From positions 608,001 to 672,000 of the forward strand of contig OY762926.1 of NCBI GenBank assembly GCA_963666735.1: DNA of 64,000 bases, given 5' to 3'. The DNA comes from Gemmatimonadota bacterium. GTDB lineage: Bacteria > Gemmatimonadota > Gemmatimonadetes > Palauibacterales > Palauibacteraceae. Shown here in pieces: positions 27,069-37,646 of the stretch (positions within the stretch are counted from its first letter, which is position 1; each line of letters starts with the position of its first letter). A model generated the notes under the pieces. The model was not told where the DNA came from and searched no databases. It saw only the letters and a list, made by a program, of their open reading frames with translations. Position numbers and translations under genes: made by a program.

Positions 27069-28286
27069 GTGCGGCCCTTCGATGGTCGTCGCGTGTTGCT
27101 CGTCGTGTCCGGCGGGATCGCCGCGTACAAGAGCGCGATCCTCACCCGCCGCCTGATCGAGGCCGGCGCCGGGGTCGAGGTCATCCTGACCGCGGCGGCC
27201 GAGCGCTTCATTGGACGCGTCACTTTCGAGGGGATGACCGGTCGCCCGGCACACGCGTCGCTGTGGGACCGGCCCATGGCGCATCTTGATCTCGGGCTCG
27301 AGGCCGATGTGGTCGTGGTCGCGCCCGCGACGGCCAACCTCATCTCCCGGCTCGCGGCCGGCGCCGCGGACGATCTGGCGACGACCGCCGTGCTGGCCTC
27401 GCCGGCTCCGGTGATCGTCTGTCCCGCAATGAACACGCGGATGTGGGAGCATCCGATCACGCAGGCGAACGTCGCGCGGCTGGCCGGGGCCGGCTACGCG
27501 ATCGCCGGGCCGGACGACGGTCCGCTCGCGGAAGGGGAAAGCGGGCCGGGGCGGCTGGTGGAGCCGGAGGAGATTCTGCCGCGCATCGGGCGGGCGCTGG
27601 AGAGGGCGGCCGGTCTGCGCGGGCGGAAGGTCGTCGCCACGGCGGGGCCGACCAGAGCCGCGCTGGATCCCGTCCGCTTCATCTCGAACCGCTCCTCGGG
27701 CCGCATGGGGTTCGCGCTCGCCGCGGCGGCCTGGCGGCGTGGGGCCGAGGTCACGCTCATCAGCGGGCCCGGCCGGATGCCGCGACCCCCGGGGCCCGGC
27801 GCGGTGGAGGTCGAGACGGCCGGTGAGATGCTGGCCGCGCTGGAGACGGCGTTGACGGATGCCGACATCCTTCTGATGGCTGCAGCCGTCGGCGATTTCG
27901 AGCCCATCGACCCGGCGCCCTCGAAGATCAAGAAAACGAACCGGACCGGGAACGGGTTCGATCTCGCGCTCCGGGCGGGACCGGATTTGCTGATGGAGAC
28001 GCGGACGTTCCGCGAACGGAAGGGCATCTTTACTCTGGGTTTCGCGCTCGAGACGGAGGATGCTGTTGCCCGCGGCCGAGACAAACTCGAGCGGAAGGGC
28101 ATGCATCTCGTTGCGGTGAACTCGGCCGTGGAGCCCGGCACGGGATTCGAGTCCAGGACGAACCGCATCACGCTGATCGACCGGAGCGGTAGGGTCGAGG
28201 AGTTGCCTTTGGCGGAGAAGACCGAGTTGGCGGACGAGTTGCTCGACCGGATCGAAGCCGCGTTCCCGGCGGCGGTCGAGGGGTGA
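27069..28286 (+). CDS. coaBC: Phosphopantothenoylcysteine decarboxylase/ligase
   Basis: SGGIAAYK, APATAN, PAMN, TAGPT...DPVRFISNRSSGRMG, GFALET. Confidence 0.96.
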   Translation: MRPFDGRRVLLVVSGGIAAYKSAILTRRLIEAGAGVEVILTAAAERFIGRVTFEGMTGRPAHASLWDRPMAHLDLGLEADVVVVAPATANLISRLAAGAADDLATTAVLASPAPVIVCPAMNTRMWEHPITQANVARLAGAGYAIAGPDDGPLAEGESGPGRLVEPEEILPRIGRALERAAGLRGRKVVATAGPTRAALDPVRFISNRSSGRMGFALAAAAWRRGAEVTLISGPGRMPRPPGPGAVEVETAGEMLAALETALTDADILLMAAAVGDFEPIDPAPSKIKKTNRTGNGFDLALRAGPDLLMETRTFRERKGIFTLGFALETEDAVARGRDKLERKGMHLVAVNSAVEPGTGFESRTNRITLIDRSGRVEELPLAEKTELADELLDRIEAAFPAAVEG

Positions 28287-29074
28287 ACCCGCCGGATGCC
28301 GGGGCCCGGGCGCTCGCGCAGGCTTTTCTGGAGCAGACGCTCTCCGCGGAGGGGAATGCGCTCATGCTGGAGCATGCGACGCGCGAAGAGGTCGTCCGCC
28401 GCCTGGTCTCGGCCGGGCGCGCGGCGCGAGGGGGCGCTGTCACTCCGGGCGCGAGGACGAGCCCCGACGCCCCGGCAACGGGGCCGAAGATCGCGGAGGC
28501 GCCGGATCTGGAGACGCTGGCCGCACTCGTCGCCTCCTGTTCTCGCTGCGCGCTTCATGAATCGCGAAAGAACCCGGTCTTCGGGGAGGGGGCGGCGGAC
28601 GCCCGCGTCGTGTGCGTGGGGGAGGCGCCCGGGGCGCGAGAGGATGAGACCGGCCGCCCCTTCGTCGGCCGGGCGGGCCACCTGCTCGACCGGCTGCTGA
28701 TGTCGATCGGGCTTCCGCGCACGTCCGTGTACATCTGCAACGTGCTGAAGTCCCGACCGCCCCGGAACCGCGACCCGCTCCCGGAGGAGGTCGCGGCCTG
28801 CGCTCCCTTCCTCCTGAGGCAACTCGCGCTCATCGAACCCGAGGTGATCATCGCCTTCGGCGCCTTCGCCGCCCGCACGCTGCTCGAAACGAAATCCGCG
28901 CTGGGCCGGCTCCGAGGCACCGTTCACCACTATTCCGGGTACCCCGTCGTCGCCACCTACCACCCGGCGGCGTTGCTCCGCAACCCGGCCTGGATCCGGC
29001 CGACGTGGGAGGACCTGCAGATTGTGCGGCGCATGCTCGATGGCGTCGGAGATCGCGAGGCCCGTATTGGTTGA
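28283..29074 (+). CDS. Uracil-DNA glycosylase, family 4
   Basis: CSRC, VFGEG, GEAPG..ED..GRPFVGRAG, YHPAALLRN. Confidence 0.93.
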   Translation: MNPPDAGARALAQAFLEQTLSAEGNALMLEHATREEVVRRLVSAGRAARGGAVTPGARTSPDAPATGPKIAEAPDLETLAALVASCSRCALHESRKNPVFGEGAADARVVCVGEAPGAREDETGRPFVGRAGHLLDRLLMSIGLPRTSVYICNVLKSRPPRNRDPLPEEVAACAPFLLRQLALIEPEVIIAFGAFAARTLLETKSALGRLRGTVHHYSGYPVVATYHPAALLRNPAWIRPTWEDLQIVRRMLDGVGDREARIG

Positions 29075-30452
29075 GACGGCGATCAGTCTCCCCAGCGACG
29101 GGATCGAGGCCCGACGCACGCCCTGGTCCGAGGAAGCCGAGATCTCGGTCCTCGGGGCGATGCTCATCGACGGCGACGCCGTGGCGACCGCCCTCGAGCG
29201 GATCGACGATTCCGCCTTCCACCGGGAAGGCAATCGCAGGATCTTCCGCGCGATGGTGCGTCTGTACGGCCGCGGCGATGTGATCGACGCAGTCACGCTC
29301 GCGGACGAACTCCAGACCGCGGCGGAACTCGACGGTGTCGGAGGGATGGCGTACCTCGCAAGACTGGTGGACGCCGTGCCCACCGCCGCCCACATCGCCT
29401 ACCACTGCCGGATTCTGCGCGACAAGACGGTGCTTCGGCGGCTCATTTCCAGCGCCACCGAGATCATCCAGGACGCCTACGAAACAGGGTCGGGCGAAGT
29501 TGACGAGACGCTCGACCGCGCGGAGCAGCGGATCTTCGAGATCTCGCAGGCGGAGCAGCGCGGGACCTTCGTCCGCATCAAGGAGGTTCTGCGCTCGACG
29601 ATGGACCGGATCGACGAACTCGTGCGGAACCCGGGCTCGATCACCGGCGTCGCGTCGGGATTCGCGGAACTCGACCGGATGACGGCCGGATTCCAACCCG
29701 CCGATCTTGTCGTCCTCGCCGGGCGGCCCTCGATGGGCAAGACGGCCCTCGCGCTGAACATCGCCCAGCATACGGCGATCGGCGAGGATGTCCCGGTGGC
29801 GATCTTCTCGCTTGAAATGTCGAGGGAGTCGCTCGTCCAGCGGATGCTGAGCGCGGAATCCAAGGTGGATTCGAGCCGCATCCGGACGGGGCGCTTGTCG
29901 TCCGACGACTTCACGCGACTGGCGAGCGGAGCGGGACACCTGAACACGGCCCCGATCTGGATCGACGACACGCCCGCGATCTCGCCCATCGAACTCCGTG
30001 CCAAGGTGCGGCGTCTGCACGCGGAGGTCGGAGTCGGGCTCGTCGTGCTCGACTACCTGCAGCTGATGTCGGGCGGAGCGCGGGTGGAGAACCGGCAGCA
30101 GGAAATCAGCGCGATTTCGCGGTCGCTGAAAGCGATCGCCAAGGAGGTGGGCGTGCCGCTCCTCGCGCTCTCCCAGCTCTCGCGAGCGCCGGAGCAGCGC
30201 GAAGGGAATCGTCCGCGCCTCTCGGACCTGCGCGAATCGGGAGCGATCGAACAGGACGCGGACGTGGTCCTCTTCATCTTCCGTGAGGAGATGCACCGGA
30301 AGCCGGAAGAGGTGGAGGAACGGGGACTGGCGGGGAAGGCCGAACTCATCGTGGGCAAGCAGCGCAACGGGCCGACCGGAACCGTCGAACTCTATTTCCA
30401 CAAGGCCTTCACGGCGTTCGAATCCGTGAGCCGCCGCCCGGGCCCCGACTAA
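29067..30452 (+). CDS. dnaB: Replicative DNA helicase
   Basis: GRPSMGKT, FSLEM, DYLQLM, LSQLSR, SDLRESGAIEQDAD, KQRNGPTG. TTG start inferred. Confidence 0.96.
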   Translation: MVETAISLPSDGIEARRTPWSEEAEISVLGAMLIDGDAVATALERIDDSAFHREGNRRIFRAMVRLYGRGDVIDAVTLADELQTAAELDGVGGMAYLARLVDAVPTAAHIAYHCRILRDKTVLRRLISSATEIIQDAYETGSGEVDETLDRAEQRIFEISQAEQRGTFVRIKEVLRSTMDRIDELVRNPGSITGVASGFAELDRMTAGFQPADLVVLAGRPSMGKTALALNIAQHTAIGEDVPVAIFSLEMSRESLVQRMLSAESKVDSSRIRTGRLSSDDFTRLASGAGHLNTAPIWIDDTPAISPIELRAKVRRLHAEVGVGLVVLDYLQLMSGGARVENRQQEISAISRSLKAIAKEVGVPLLALSQLSRAPEQREGNRPRLSDLRESGAIEQDADVVLFIFREEMHRKPEEVEERGLAGKAELIVGKQRNGPTGTVELYFHKAFTAFESVSRRPGPD

Positions 30453-31180
30453 TGCGGCCGCGAGGCCCGGCGGCTCCCCGCGGCGTGGGCGCCGTCGTCG
30501 TCGCGGCGGGGCAGGGGCATCGCTTCGGCGCCCCACGGCCCAAGCAGTTCGTCGACCTGTGCGGCATGCCGGTGCTCGCCTGGTCGGTACGGACGTTTCT
30601 CGACCATCCCGACATCGACCGGGTCGCGCTGGTGCTGTCTCCGCCGCGGGCGGCGGCGCCCCCGGCATGGCTTCCGGATGGGATTCTCGTCGTGCCGGGC
30701 GGCGTGTTTCGGGCCGATTCCGTGCGCGCCGGCGTCGAAGCCCTGGCGGGGGATGTCGAGACCGTGCTCGTCCACGATGGGGCGCGTCCGTTCGTGTCGG
30801 CCGAGCTCGTTTCCCGCGTCGCGAACGGAGCCCGCGGGGGCCCGGTGGTGCCGGTGATCGCCGTGGAAGACACCGTGAAACGGGTGGACGAGGGAGGATG
30901 GATCGAGGAGACCGTGCCACGCGAGCAGCTCCGCCGCGTACAGACGCCACAAGGGTTTCCGGCCGAGGTCCTGAACCGTACTCACGCCCTCGAGGATGCG
31001 GGCGCATGGGAGGCGCAGGACGCCGCGGCGATCACGGACGACGCGTCGCTGTGCGAGAGGCTCGGCATCGACGTTGCCACCGTGGAGGGGGATCCGGCGA
31101 ACCTGAAGATCACGACCGCGCGCGACCTCGCGCTGGCGCGCGCCATGGTTGAGACCGGGTTGATCGCTGCGGGGAACTAG
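30452..31180 (+). CDS. ispD: 2-C-methyl-D-erythritol 4-phosphate cytidylyltransferase
   Basis: AAGQGHRFG..PKQF, VHDGARP, QTPQGF, TDDA, NLKITT. Confidence 0.94.
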   Translation: MRPRGPAAPRGVGAVVVAAGQGHRFGAPRPKQFVDLCGMPVLAWSVRTFLDHPDIDRVALVLSPPRAAAPPAWLPDGILVVPGGVFRADSVRAGVEALAGDVETVLVHDGARPFVSAELVSRVANGARGGPVVPVIAVEDTVKRVDEGGWIEETVPREQLRRVQTPQGFPAEVLNRTHALEDAGAWEAQDAAAITDDASLCERLGIDVATVEGDPANLKITTARDLALARAMVETGLIAAGN

Positions 31181-31213
31181 TGTTATGCAGACGGGAGCGG
31201 GAACGGTATCGAC

Positions 31214-31891
31214 GTGGTGAAGTGGCGCGAGTGGGCGGGCGCCCCGGGGTCAGCCGGACCGGGCCGGGCGCCGGGGGCCGAAGATGAAGCATTCGACCGG
31301 GCGGCGGTGCTGCTCGACGCGGGGGGGGTCGTGGCTCACCCGACTTCGACGGTATACGGGCTGGGTGGCCGTCCGTGGCCGGAGGTCGACGCGCGGATTG
31401 CCGCGATCAAACGGCGGCCGCCGGGGCCGCTGATTCGGCTTGCCGCGAGCCGCGCTGCGCTCATCGAGGCGCTGCCCGGGATGGGGTGGACGGAGGCGGC
31501 GCGCCGGATTGCCGACGCCTTCTGGCCGGGACCGCTCACGCTGGTGCTGGAGGACGGGAGTCGCACCGGAGCTGCCGTGCGCGTCGACCCTCATCCGGTC
31601 GTGCGACGCCTCCTCGATCGAGCCGGCGGGCTGATGACGTCCACGAGCCTGAACGTGACGGGGAGACCCCCGGCGAGGACGGGCGGGGAGGTGCGGGCCG
31701 TGCTGTCGAGGGTCGGAGCCGAGGCGGGAACCGTGGGTTGGCTCGACGTGGGCAATCTCGCCGGTTCGACTCCGTCGACCCTCGTGCGGGTGGCGGGGGA
31801 AGCGGTCGAGATTCTGCGGGAGGGCGCCGTGCCGGCGACGGACATCACCCGGGTCCTCTCGCCGCATCCTCTCGGAAGACCGTCCCCATGA
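31214..31891 (+). CDS. tsaC: L-threonylcarbamoyladenylate synthase (YrdC/TsaC domain), divergent
   Basis: HPTSTVYGLG, KRRP, FWPGPLTLVL, STSLN, STLV, LREGAV. Start uncertain. Confidence 0.85.
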   Translation: MVKWREWAGAPGSAGPGRAPGAEDEAFDRAAVLLDAGGVVAHPTSTVYGLGGRPWPEVDARIAAIKRRPPGPLIRLAASRAALIEALPGMGWTEAARRIADAFWPGPLTLVLEDGSRTGAAVRVDPHPVVRRLLDRAGGLMTSTSLNVTGRPPARTGGEVRAVLSRVGAEAGTVGWLDVGNLAGSTPSTLVRVAGEAVEILREGAVPATDITRVLSPHPLGRPSP

Positions 31892-32379
31892 ACCTCCTCT
31901 TCGTCTGCACCGGCAACATATGTCGCAGTCCTCTGGCCGAGGTGATCGCGCGGGCGGAAGCCGACGCACGGGGGTGGGCGGAGGTCTCGTGCGCATCGGC
32001 GGGGACCTTCGCCCTTCCCGGCCGGCCGGCCTCGGGTCCCGGGATCGCGGTCGCCGCCGCGCACGGACTCGACCTCGCGGGGCACGCCTCCCGGGAGCTC
32101 TCGCCGGAGCTGGTCGAGTGGGCCGACGTGATCATCGGCATGGAGGCGTCGCATGCCGGGGCGGCCGCACGCCTGGCTCCGGACGCGGCCGTCCACGTCA
32201 TGACGGATTTCCTGCCCCCGGGCCACAGCCGGCACGAAGGCGGGGTCCCCGATCCGTACGGCGGAGATATCGAGATGTACGAAGCGACGCGCGAGTTGCT
32301 GATGCGGGCCGTGCGGGGGCTCTTTGACGCGCTCGACGAAGAGGGACGAGGAGGAGACGCGAGGGAGCCGGGGTCGTGA
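31888..32379 (+). CDS. Low-molecular-weight protein Tyr/Arg phosphatase
   Basis: LFVCTGNICRSPLAE (CX5R) and PDPYGG. Confidence 0.93.
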   Translation: MNLLFVCTGNICRSPLAEVIARAEADARGWAEVSCASAGTFALPGRPASGPGIAVAAAHGLDLAGHASRELSPELVEWADVIIGMEASHAGAAARLAPDAAVHVMTDFLPPGHSRHEGGVPDPYGGDIEMYEATRELLMRAVRGLFDALDEEGRGGDAREPGS

Positions 32380-33263
32380 CGCTCCGCTTCGTGCTCCTGG
32401 GGGATCCCGTGCGGCACTCGATTTCACCCGCGATGCACCGCACGGCCTTTGAACTCCTCGGACTCGACGCGGAATACACCGCCCGGCGGACTGCTTCCGG
32501 CGAGGTCGGATCGATCATGCGGAGCGCGGACGTGGCCGGCGGAAACGTGACGCTCCCGCACAAGCTCCGGGCGGCCCGAGCGCTCACGCGACCGAGCGCG
32601 GCGGTGCGAGCGACCGGGGCGTGCAATTGCTGGTGGCGGCGAACGGATGGCGGACTCGCGGGGGACAACACGGACGTCGGCGGGCTCCGCATCGCCCTTT
32701 CCCGTATCGGCTTCCAGCCGCAGGGCGCGCGCGTGCTCCTCCTGGGCGCCGGGGGCGCGGCCCGGGCCGCGGTCCATGCACTGCTCGAAGGCGGAGTGTC
32801 ATCCGTCGAGATCCTCAACCGGACGCCGGCACGGGCACACGCGCTGCGAGATCGGGCGCTGGCGCACGCGACCGACGCCGACCGCCCGGCGGACGCCGTG
32901 CGTGTAGCCGCGGCGCCGCACCCCGGCGCGACGTACGATCTCGTGCTGAATTCGACGAGCCTGGGGCTTTCGCCCGGGGATCCGTTTCCCCTCGACCTGG
33001 GTCCGGGAGGGCACGGGGGGCGGTTCGGCGCAGCCGTCGACATGGTGTACGCCGCGGGAGGGACGGCGTGGATTCGACACGCGCGCACGCTCGGCATCCG
33101 GGCCGCGGATGGACTTGACATGCTCGTGGGCCAGGCGGTGCTCTCGCTCGAGCGCTGGTTCCCCGGCATCGAGGCCCCATTCGAGGCGATGCGAGAGGCA
33201 GCTGTGGCTGAACTCGCAGCGCGGTCGGGGCCGGAACCGGGGGCCGGATCGGGCGACGGGTGA
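32376..33263 (+). CDS. aroE: Shikimate dehydrogenase
   Basis: GDPVRHSISP, NVTLPHK, NTDVGG, GAGGAARA, DGLDMLVGQA. Confidence 0.93.
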   Translation: MTLRFVLLGDPVRHSISPAMHRTAFELLGLDAEYTARRTASGEVGSIMRSADVAGGNVTLPHKLRAARALTRPSAAVRATGACNCWWRRTDGGLAGDNTDVGGLRIALSRIGFQPQGARVLLLGAGGAARAAVHALLEGGVSSVEILNRTPARAHALRDRALAHATDADRPADAVRVAAAPHPGATYDLVLNSTSLGLSPGDPFPLDLGPGGHGGRFGAAVDMVYAAGGTAWIRHARTLGIRAADGLDMLVGQAVLSLERWFPGIEAPFEAMREAAVAELAARSGPEPGAGSGDG

Positions 33264-34096
33264 GTGCCGCGCCTCGTGCGGGCCGGCTCCGTCTCGTTGG
33301 CCGGGCTGCCGCCGCGGCCTTCGATGCGCTCGTGCCCGCGGCGTGTGTGGGCTGCCGCCGCGGCGTCGCTCCCGATGGCCCGCCGCTGTGCGTCCTGTGC
33401 CGGTCACGACTCCCGCGGCTGGCGAATCCCCGCTGCCCGCGCTGCGCTCAGCCGCTCGGCAACATCGCGGCCGCGGCCGGGGCACCCGTGCGGTGCGGCA
33501 CCTGCGAGGAGTGGCCCGACAGCCTGGCGGCGGCCGACGCGCCCTTCGCCTTTGAAGGTCTGGCCGCCCGGACGGTGCGCGCCCTCAAATACGACCGTTG
33601 GCGTGCACTCGCTCCGTGGATGGCCGCCCGCATGGCTCCCGGCGCCGAAGCGATCGCGTCCCGGATCGACGAAGGCGCGCCGTGGCTGATCCCGGTGCCG
33701 CTCGCGCCCGCCCGGCAGCGGGAACGGGGATTCAATCAGGCGGGGGAACTGGCCCGCGCCCTTGCCGGCCGCGGTGTCGGGCCCCTGGGGCTGTTCCTCG
33801 CCCGCCGCCCGGGAGGCGGGCGCCAGGCCGGCGTCCGCGGAGCTCTGCGCCGCGCGAACGTACAGGGCCGCTTCCGGTTGCGCGCCGGCCTCCCTCATGA
33901 GCGCCGGAGCGCCATGATCGTCGATGATGTGCTCACCACGGGAGCCACCGCGATCGCCTGCGCCGAGACGCTGGCCGAGGCTGGATTCCGCAACGTGGCC
34001 ACCGTTAGTTTTGCGCGCACCTTGCGTCCCCTGGACGGGGACGAGTCACCGACCGGGCGCTTCGCCCCTGATCCTTCCCGAGAGGAATCCGAATGA
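33260..34096 (+). CDS. comF: ComF-family phosphoribosyltransferase with double zinc ribbon
   Basis: CxxC pairs, [20 protein letters not shown]. Confidence 0.9.
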   Translation: MSAAPRAGRLRLVGRAAAAAFDALVPAACVGCRRGVAPDGPPLCVLCRSRLPRLANPRCPRCAQPLGNIAAAAGAPVRCGTCEEWPDSLAAADAPFAFEGLAARTVRALKYDRWRALAPWMAARMAPGAEAIASRIDEGAPWLIPVPLAPARQRERGFNQAGELARALAGRGVGPLGLFLARRPGGGRQAGVRGALRRANVQGRFRLRAGLPHERRSAMIVDDVLTTGATAIACAETLAEAGFRNVATVSFARTLRPLDGDESPTGRFAPDPSREESE

Positions 34097-35121
34097 GTGT
34101 GAGGGTTGCCATCAACGGTTTCGGCCGCATCGGCCGGAATATTCTCCGTGCGGCGCTTCAGAGCCCGCGCGGGGACCTTGATTTCGTTGCGATCAACGAT
34201 CTCACGGATGCGGCGACGCTCGCCCATCTGTTCAAGTACGACTCCGTGCATGGGCGCTTCCCCGGCGACGTGCGCGTGGACGGGGGAGAACTCGTCCTGG
34301 GAGAGGAGCGTGTGCGCGTCTTCTCCGAACGCGACCCGGCCAACCTTCCCTGGGCGGAACTCGGCGTGGACGTCGCGGTCGAATCCACCGGGATCTTTCG
34401 CAAGAAGGAAGATGCGACCCGGCACATGAGCGCGGGCGCGAAGAAGGTCATCATCTCCGCCCCCGGCGTCGAACCGGACATCACGCTGGTCCTGGGCGTG
34501 AACGCGGATGAATACGACCCGGCGAGGCATGACGTGATCTCGAACGCGAGCTGCACGACCAACTGCATCGCTCCGGTCGTGAAGGTCCTGCTGGACCGCT
34601 TCGGCTTCGAACGCGGTCTCATGACGACCGTTCACGCGTACACGAACGGCCAGCAGCTCCTCGACCTGCAGCACAAGGATCTCCGGCGTGCCCGCGCCGC
34701 CGCGCTCTCGATCATCCCCACGACGACGGGCGCGGCGAAGGCCGTGGGTCTCGTTCTTCCGGAGGTGAGGGGACGACTCGACGGGATGGCGATGCGCGTC
34801 CCGACGCCGGACGTGTCGATCGTGGACCTCGTGGCCACCGTGTCGCGGAGCACGTCGGCGGGCGAGATCAACGCCGCGTTTCGCGAGGCTGCGGAAGGGC
34901 CGCTCGACGGCGTGCTCGAATACACCGATGAACCGCTCGTATCCGTCGACTTCACGGGACACCCCGCCAGCGCGATCATCGACGCACAGTCGACATCGGT
35001 CATGGACGGCACGCTCGTGAAGGTCATTTCGTGGTACGACAACGAGTGGGGGTACTCGAATCGCCTGGTGGACCTGGCGAGTTTCGTCGGAGAGCGTCTG
35101 CCCGCCTCCGTCGGGGCCTGA
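34093..35121 (+). CDS. gap: Glyceraldehyde-3-phosphate dehydrogenase, type I
   Basis: [27 protein letters not shown]. Confidence 0.98.
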   Translation: MSVRVAINGFGRIGRNILRAALQSPRGDLDFVAINDLTDAATLAHLFKYDSVHGRFPGDVRVDGGELVLGEERVRVFSERDPANLPWAELGVDVAVESTGIFRKKEDATRHMSAGAKKVIISAPGVEPDITLVLGVNADEYDPARHDVISNASCTTNCIAPVVKVLLDRFGFERGLMTTVHAYTNGQQLLDLQHKDLRRARAAALSIIPTTTGAAKAVGLVLPEVRGRLDGMAMRVPTPDVSIVDLVATVSRSTSAGEINAAFREAAEGPLDGVLEYTDEPLVSVDFTGHPASAIIDAQSTSVMDGTLVKVISWYDNEWGYSNRLVDLASFVGERLPASVGA

Positions 35122-35141
35122 GCGGCCCGAACCGCCCTCTC

Positions 35142-36338
35142 GTGGCCAGGACCCTGCGCGACCTCCCGGCCGATCTGGCCGGGAAGCGGGGACTCGTGCG
35201 AGTGGACTACAACGTGCCGCTCGACGCGGGGCAGGTTGCGGATGCGACGCGTATCGAAGCATCGCTGCCGACGCTCCGTTGGTTGCTGCGGCGTGACGCC
35301 CGGCCGGTGTTGCTCTCGCATCTGGGCCGGCCGGCCGGGCGCCCGAATCCCGCGCTGTCGCTGACGCCCGTGGCCTCCGCGCTCGCCGGCCTCCTCGGGG
35401 CCGAAGTCCTCTTTTCCGCCCCGTGCGACGGGAAGGATGCGCTCCGCGCCAGCCGCGAACTGCGAAGCGGGCAGGTCCTCCTTCTGGAGAACACGCGCTT
35501 CCTGCCCGGGGAGACCGCGAACGACGAAGCGCTCGCCGGCCGCCTCGCCCGACTCGGCGACTTCTTCGTCAATGACGCTTTCGGGACGCTGCACCGCGCG
35601 CACGCGTCGACGACGGGCGTGCCCGCCCGGCTGAACCCTGCCGCGGCGGGGTTGCTCGTCGAGCGCGAAGTGGCGGCGCTGGGCGCGCTCGACCGACCGC
35701 GCCGTCCGTTCGTCGTCGCCTTCGGAGGGGCCAAGATTGGCGACAAGATCGAACTCGTGCGCCGCTTCGTGGAACGCGCCGATCTGATCCTCGTGGGCGG
35801 CGCCATGGCGAATACGTTCCTCCGTGCACAGGGGATCGAGACCGGAGCCTCGCTCGTCGAGGAGGCGGCGCTCGACCTCGCCCGGTCGATCCTGTCCACG
35901 GGGGAGGAACGCATCCGGCTGCCGACCGACGTGATCGTCGTGGACCGGTCGAGCGGGGCGGAGGCGGGCGTCGCCGACGTGCGGGTCGATGCGATCGAGC
36001 CGGGGATGGCCGCCCTGGACATCGGACCCGAGTCTCGCGCTCGCTACGCCGAGGCGCTGCGCGGGTGCGCCGCCTTCTTTTGGAACGGTCCCATGGGCCT
36101 GTTCGAAGACCCGCGGTTTGCGGCGGGGACGCTTGCCATCGCGGAAGCCGCCGCGGAGGTGACCGCGGCGGGCGGGTTCACGGTCATCGGGGGCGGCGAC
36201 TCCGCGGCGGCCATTCGCCGGGCCGGGCTTCTCGACCACGTATCGCATGTCTGCACCGGGGGCGGAGCCGCCCTCGAGTACCTGTCGAGCGGGCGCTTGC
36301 CCGGACTCGATGTTCTCGTCGAAGGGAGGCGTCCGTGA
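35142..36338 (+). CDS. pgk: Phosphoglycerate kinase
   Basis: RVDYNVP, SHLGRP, LENTRF, NDAFG, WNGPMG, GGGDS. Start GTG 35142 (or coupled CTG 35118). Confidence 0.96.
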   Translation: MARTLRDLPADLAGKRGLVRVDYNVPLDAGQVADATRIEASLPTLRWLLRRDARPVLLSHLGRPAGRPNPALSLTPVASALAGLLGAEVLFSAPCDGKDALRASRELRSGQVLLLENTRFLPGETANDEALAGRLARLGDFFVNDAFGTLHRAHASTTGVPARLNPAAAGLLVEREVAALGALDRPRRPFVVAFGGAKIGDKIELVRRFVERADLILVGGAMANTFLRAQGIETGASLVEEAALDLARSILSTGEERIRLPTDVIVVDRSSGAEAGVADVRVDAIEPGMAALDIGPESRARYAEALRGCAAFFWNGPMGLFEDPRFAAGTLAIAEAAAEVTAAGGFTVIGGGDSAAAIRRAGLLDHVSHVCTGGGAALEYLSSGRLPGLDVLVEGRRP

Positions 36339-37099
36339 GTCAGCCGCGTACCCCCGTGTTCGCCGCGAACTGGAAGATGTGCCACGGCCCCGATGAGACC
36401 GGGACGTTCGTGGAACGGTTCGCGGCGCTCCACAGACGCCGCAGCGACGCGACGGTGGTCGTGTTCCCCCCCGCCATCAGCCTGACGGCCTTTGCGGCGG
36501 CGGCCTCCGGGCGTCCGGATCTGGAGTTCGGCGTGCAGGACGTACACACCGAGGTCGAGGGTGCGCACACGAGCGGCATCTCGGCGGGCATGGTCCCCGC
36601 GACCGGCGCCGCCTGGGCGCTGGCGGGCCACTCGGAACGCCGGCGGGAATTCGGCGACAGCGATGCGGACGTGGGGCTCAAGCTGGTTCGCATTCTGGAG
36701 GCCGGACTCCGTCCCGTCCTGTGTGTGGGCGAGACGCTCGAGGAGCGCGAGTCCGGACGGCTCGCGACGGTGCTCGAAACGCAGATTCGGGAGGCCCTCC
36801 GCCCACTCGACCAGGAGGACCGAACCCGTCTCGTATACGCCTACGAGCCGGTCTGGGCGATCGGCACCGGGCGTACGGCGAGCCCCGCCGATGCCGCGGA
36901 GGCCCACGCCATCGTCCGTGACCGGCTCGCGCAGGCGGAGGGATGCGACGCCGAACGGGCGGTGATCCTCTACGGCGGAAGCGTCAAGCCGGCCAACATC
37001 GACGCGCTCCTCTCCGCCCGGGGCGTGGACGGCGTACTCGTGGGGGGGGCGAGTCTCGATCCCGACAGTTGGGCCTCGATCTGCGCGGCGGGCGAATAA
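36335..37099 (+). CDS. tpiA: Triosephosphate isomerase
   Basis: ANWKM, GHSERR, AYEPVWAIGTG, LYGGSVK, LVGGASL. Confidence 0.97.
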   Translation: MSQPRTPVFAANWKMCHGPDETGTFVERFAALHRRRSDATVVVFPPAISLTAFAAAASGRPDLEFGVQDVHTEVEGAHTSGISAGMVPATGAAWALAGHSERRREFGDSDADVGLKLVRILEAGLRPVLCVGETLEERESGRLATVLETQIREALRPLDQEDRTRLVYAYEPVWAIGTGRTASPADAAEAHAIVRDRLAQAEGCDAERAVILYGGSVKPANIDALLSARGVDGVLVGGASLDPDSWASICAAGE

Positions 37100-37100
37100 C

Positions 37101-37129
37101 TGGCACGGTCTCGGCGGCGACTCTAGGTT
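37101..37129 (+). promoter_or_regulatory. Putative sigma70-type promoter for secG
   Basis: TGGCAC-N17-TAGGTT. Confidence 0.35.
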
Positions 37130-37157
37130 AGTCCACCGATCCAACCATAGCGGGTAG

Positions 37158-37628
37158 ATGATGTTCACGTTTCTGATCGTATTGATTTCGCTGATCGCGC
37201 TCGTGCTGTGCGTGATGATCCTCATCCAGTCCGGCAAGGGCGGCGGGCTCGCCGCCTCCTTCGGCGGAGCCTCGTCCTCCACGGACTCCTTCATGGGCGG
37301 CCGGCAGGCGGCCAACGCGTTGACGAAGATGAGTTGGTACGGCGGGGGGAGTTTCCTCTTCCTCGCGCTCGTGCTGACCGTCCTCTCCGCCCGTCCGGAT
37401 GCGGCGCCCGAATCGATCCTGCGTCAGGGATTTCCCGGTCAGCAGAGTCTCCCTGAAGCGCCGGCTTCTCTGCTGGAGCTTTCGCCCGACCTCGAAGGAG
37501 GTTTCGAAGAAGGCGCCCCGTCCGAAGAAGGCGCCACGCCTGGGTCGGAGGAGGGCGCCGCGGGTTCGGAAGGGACGGAAGGCGACGACGGGAATCCCGA
37601 TTCCGGAAGCGGGAACCCCGGCCAGTAA
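37158..37628 (+). CDS. secG: Preprotein translocase subunit SecG with acidic C-tail
   Basis: ILIQSGKGGGLAASFGG...LTK, two TM helices; tpiA-secG synteny. Confidence 0.93.
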   Translation: MMFTFLIVLISLIALVLCVMILIQSGKGGGLAASFGGASSSTDSFMGGRQAANALTKMSWYGGGSFLFLALVLTVLSARPDAAPESILRQGFPGQQSLPEAPASLLELSPDLEGGFEEGAPSEEGATPGSEEGAAGSEGTEGDDGNPDSGSGNPGQ

Positions 37629-37646
37629 CCGGCCAGCGACCGATCG

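Noticed and set aside
37629..37646. tRNA often found after secG
   Set aside because: Only 18 nt separate the secG and rnhA stops; I recognised no tRNA, rRNA or CRISPR array anywhere in the window.
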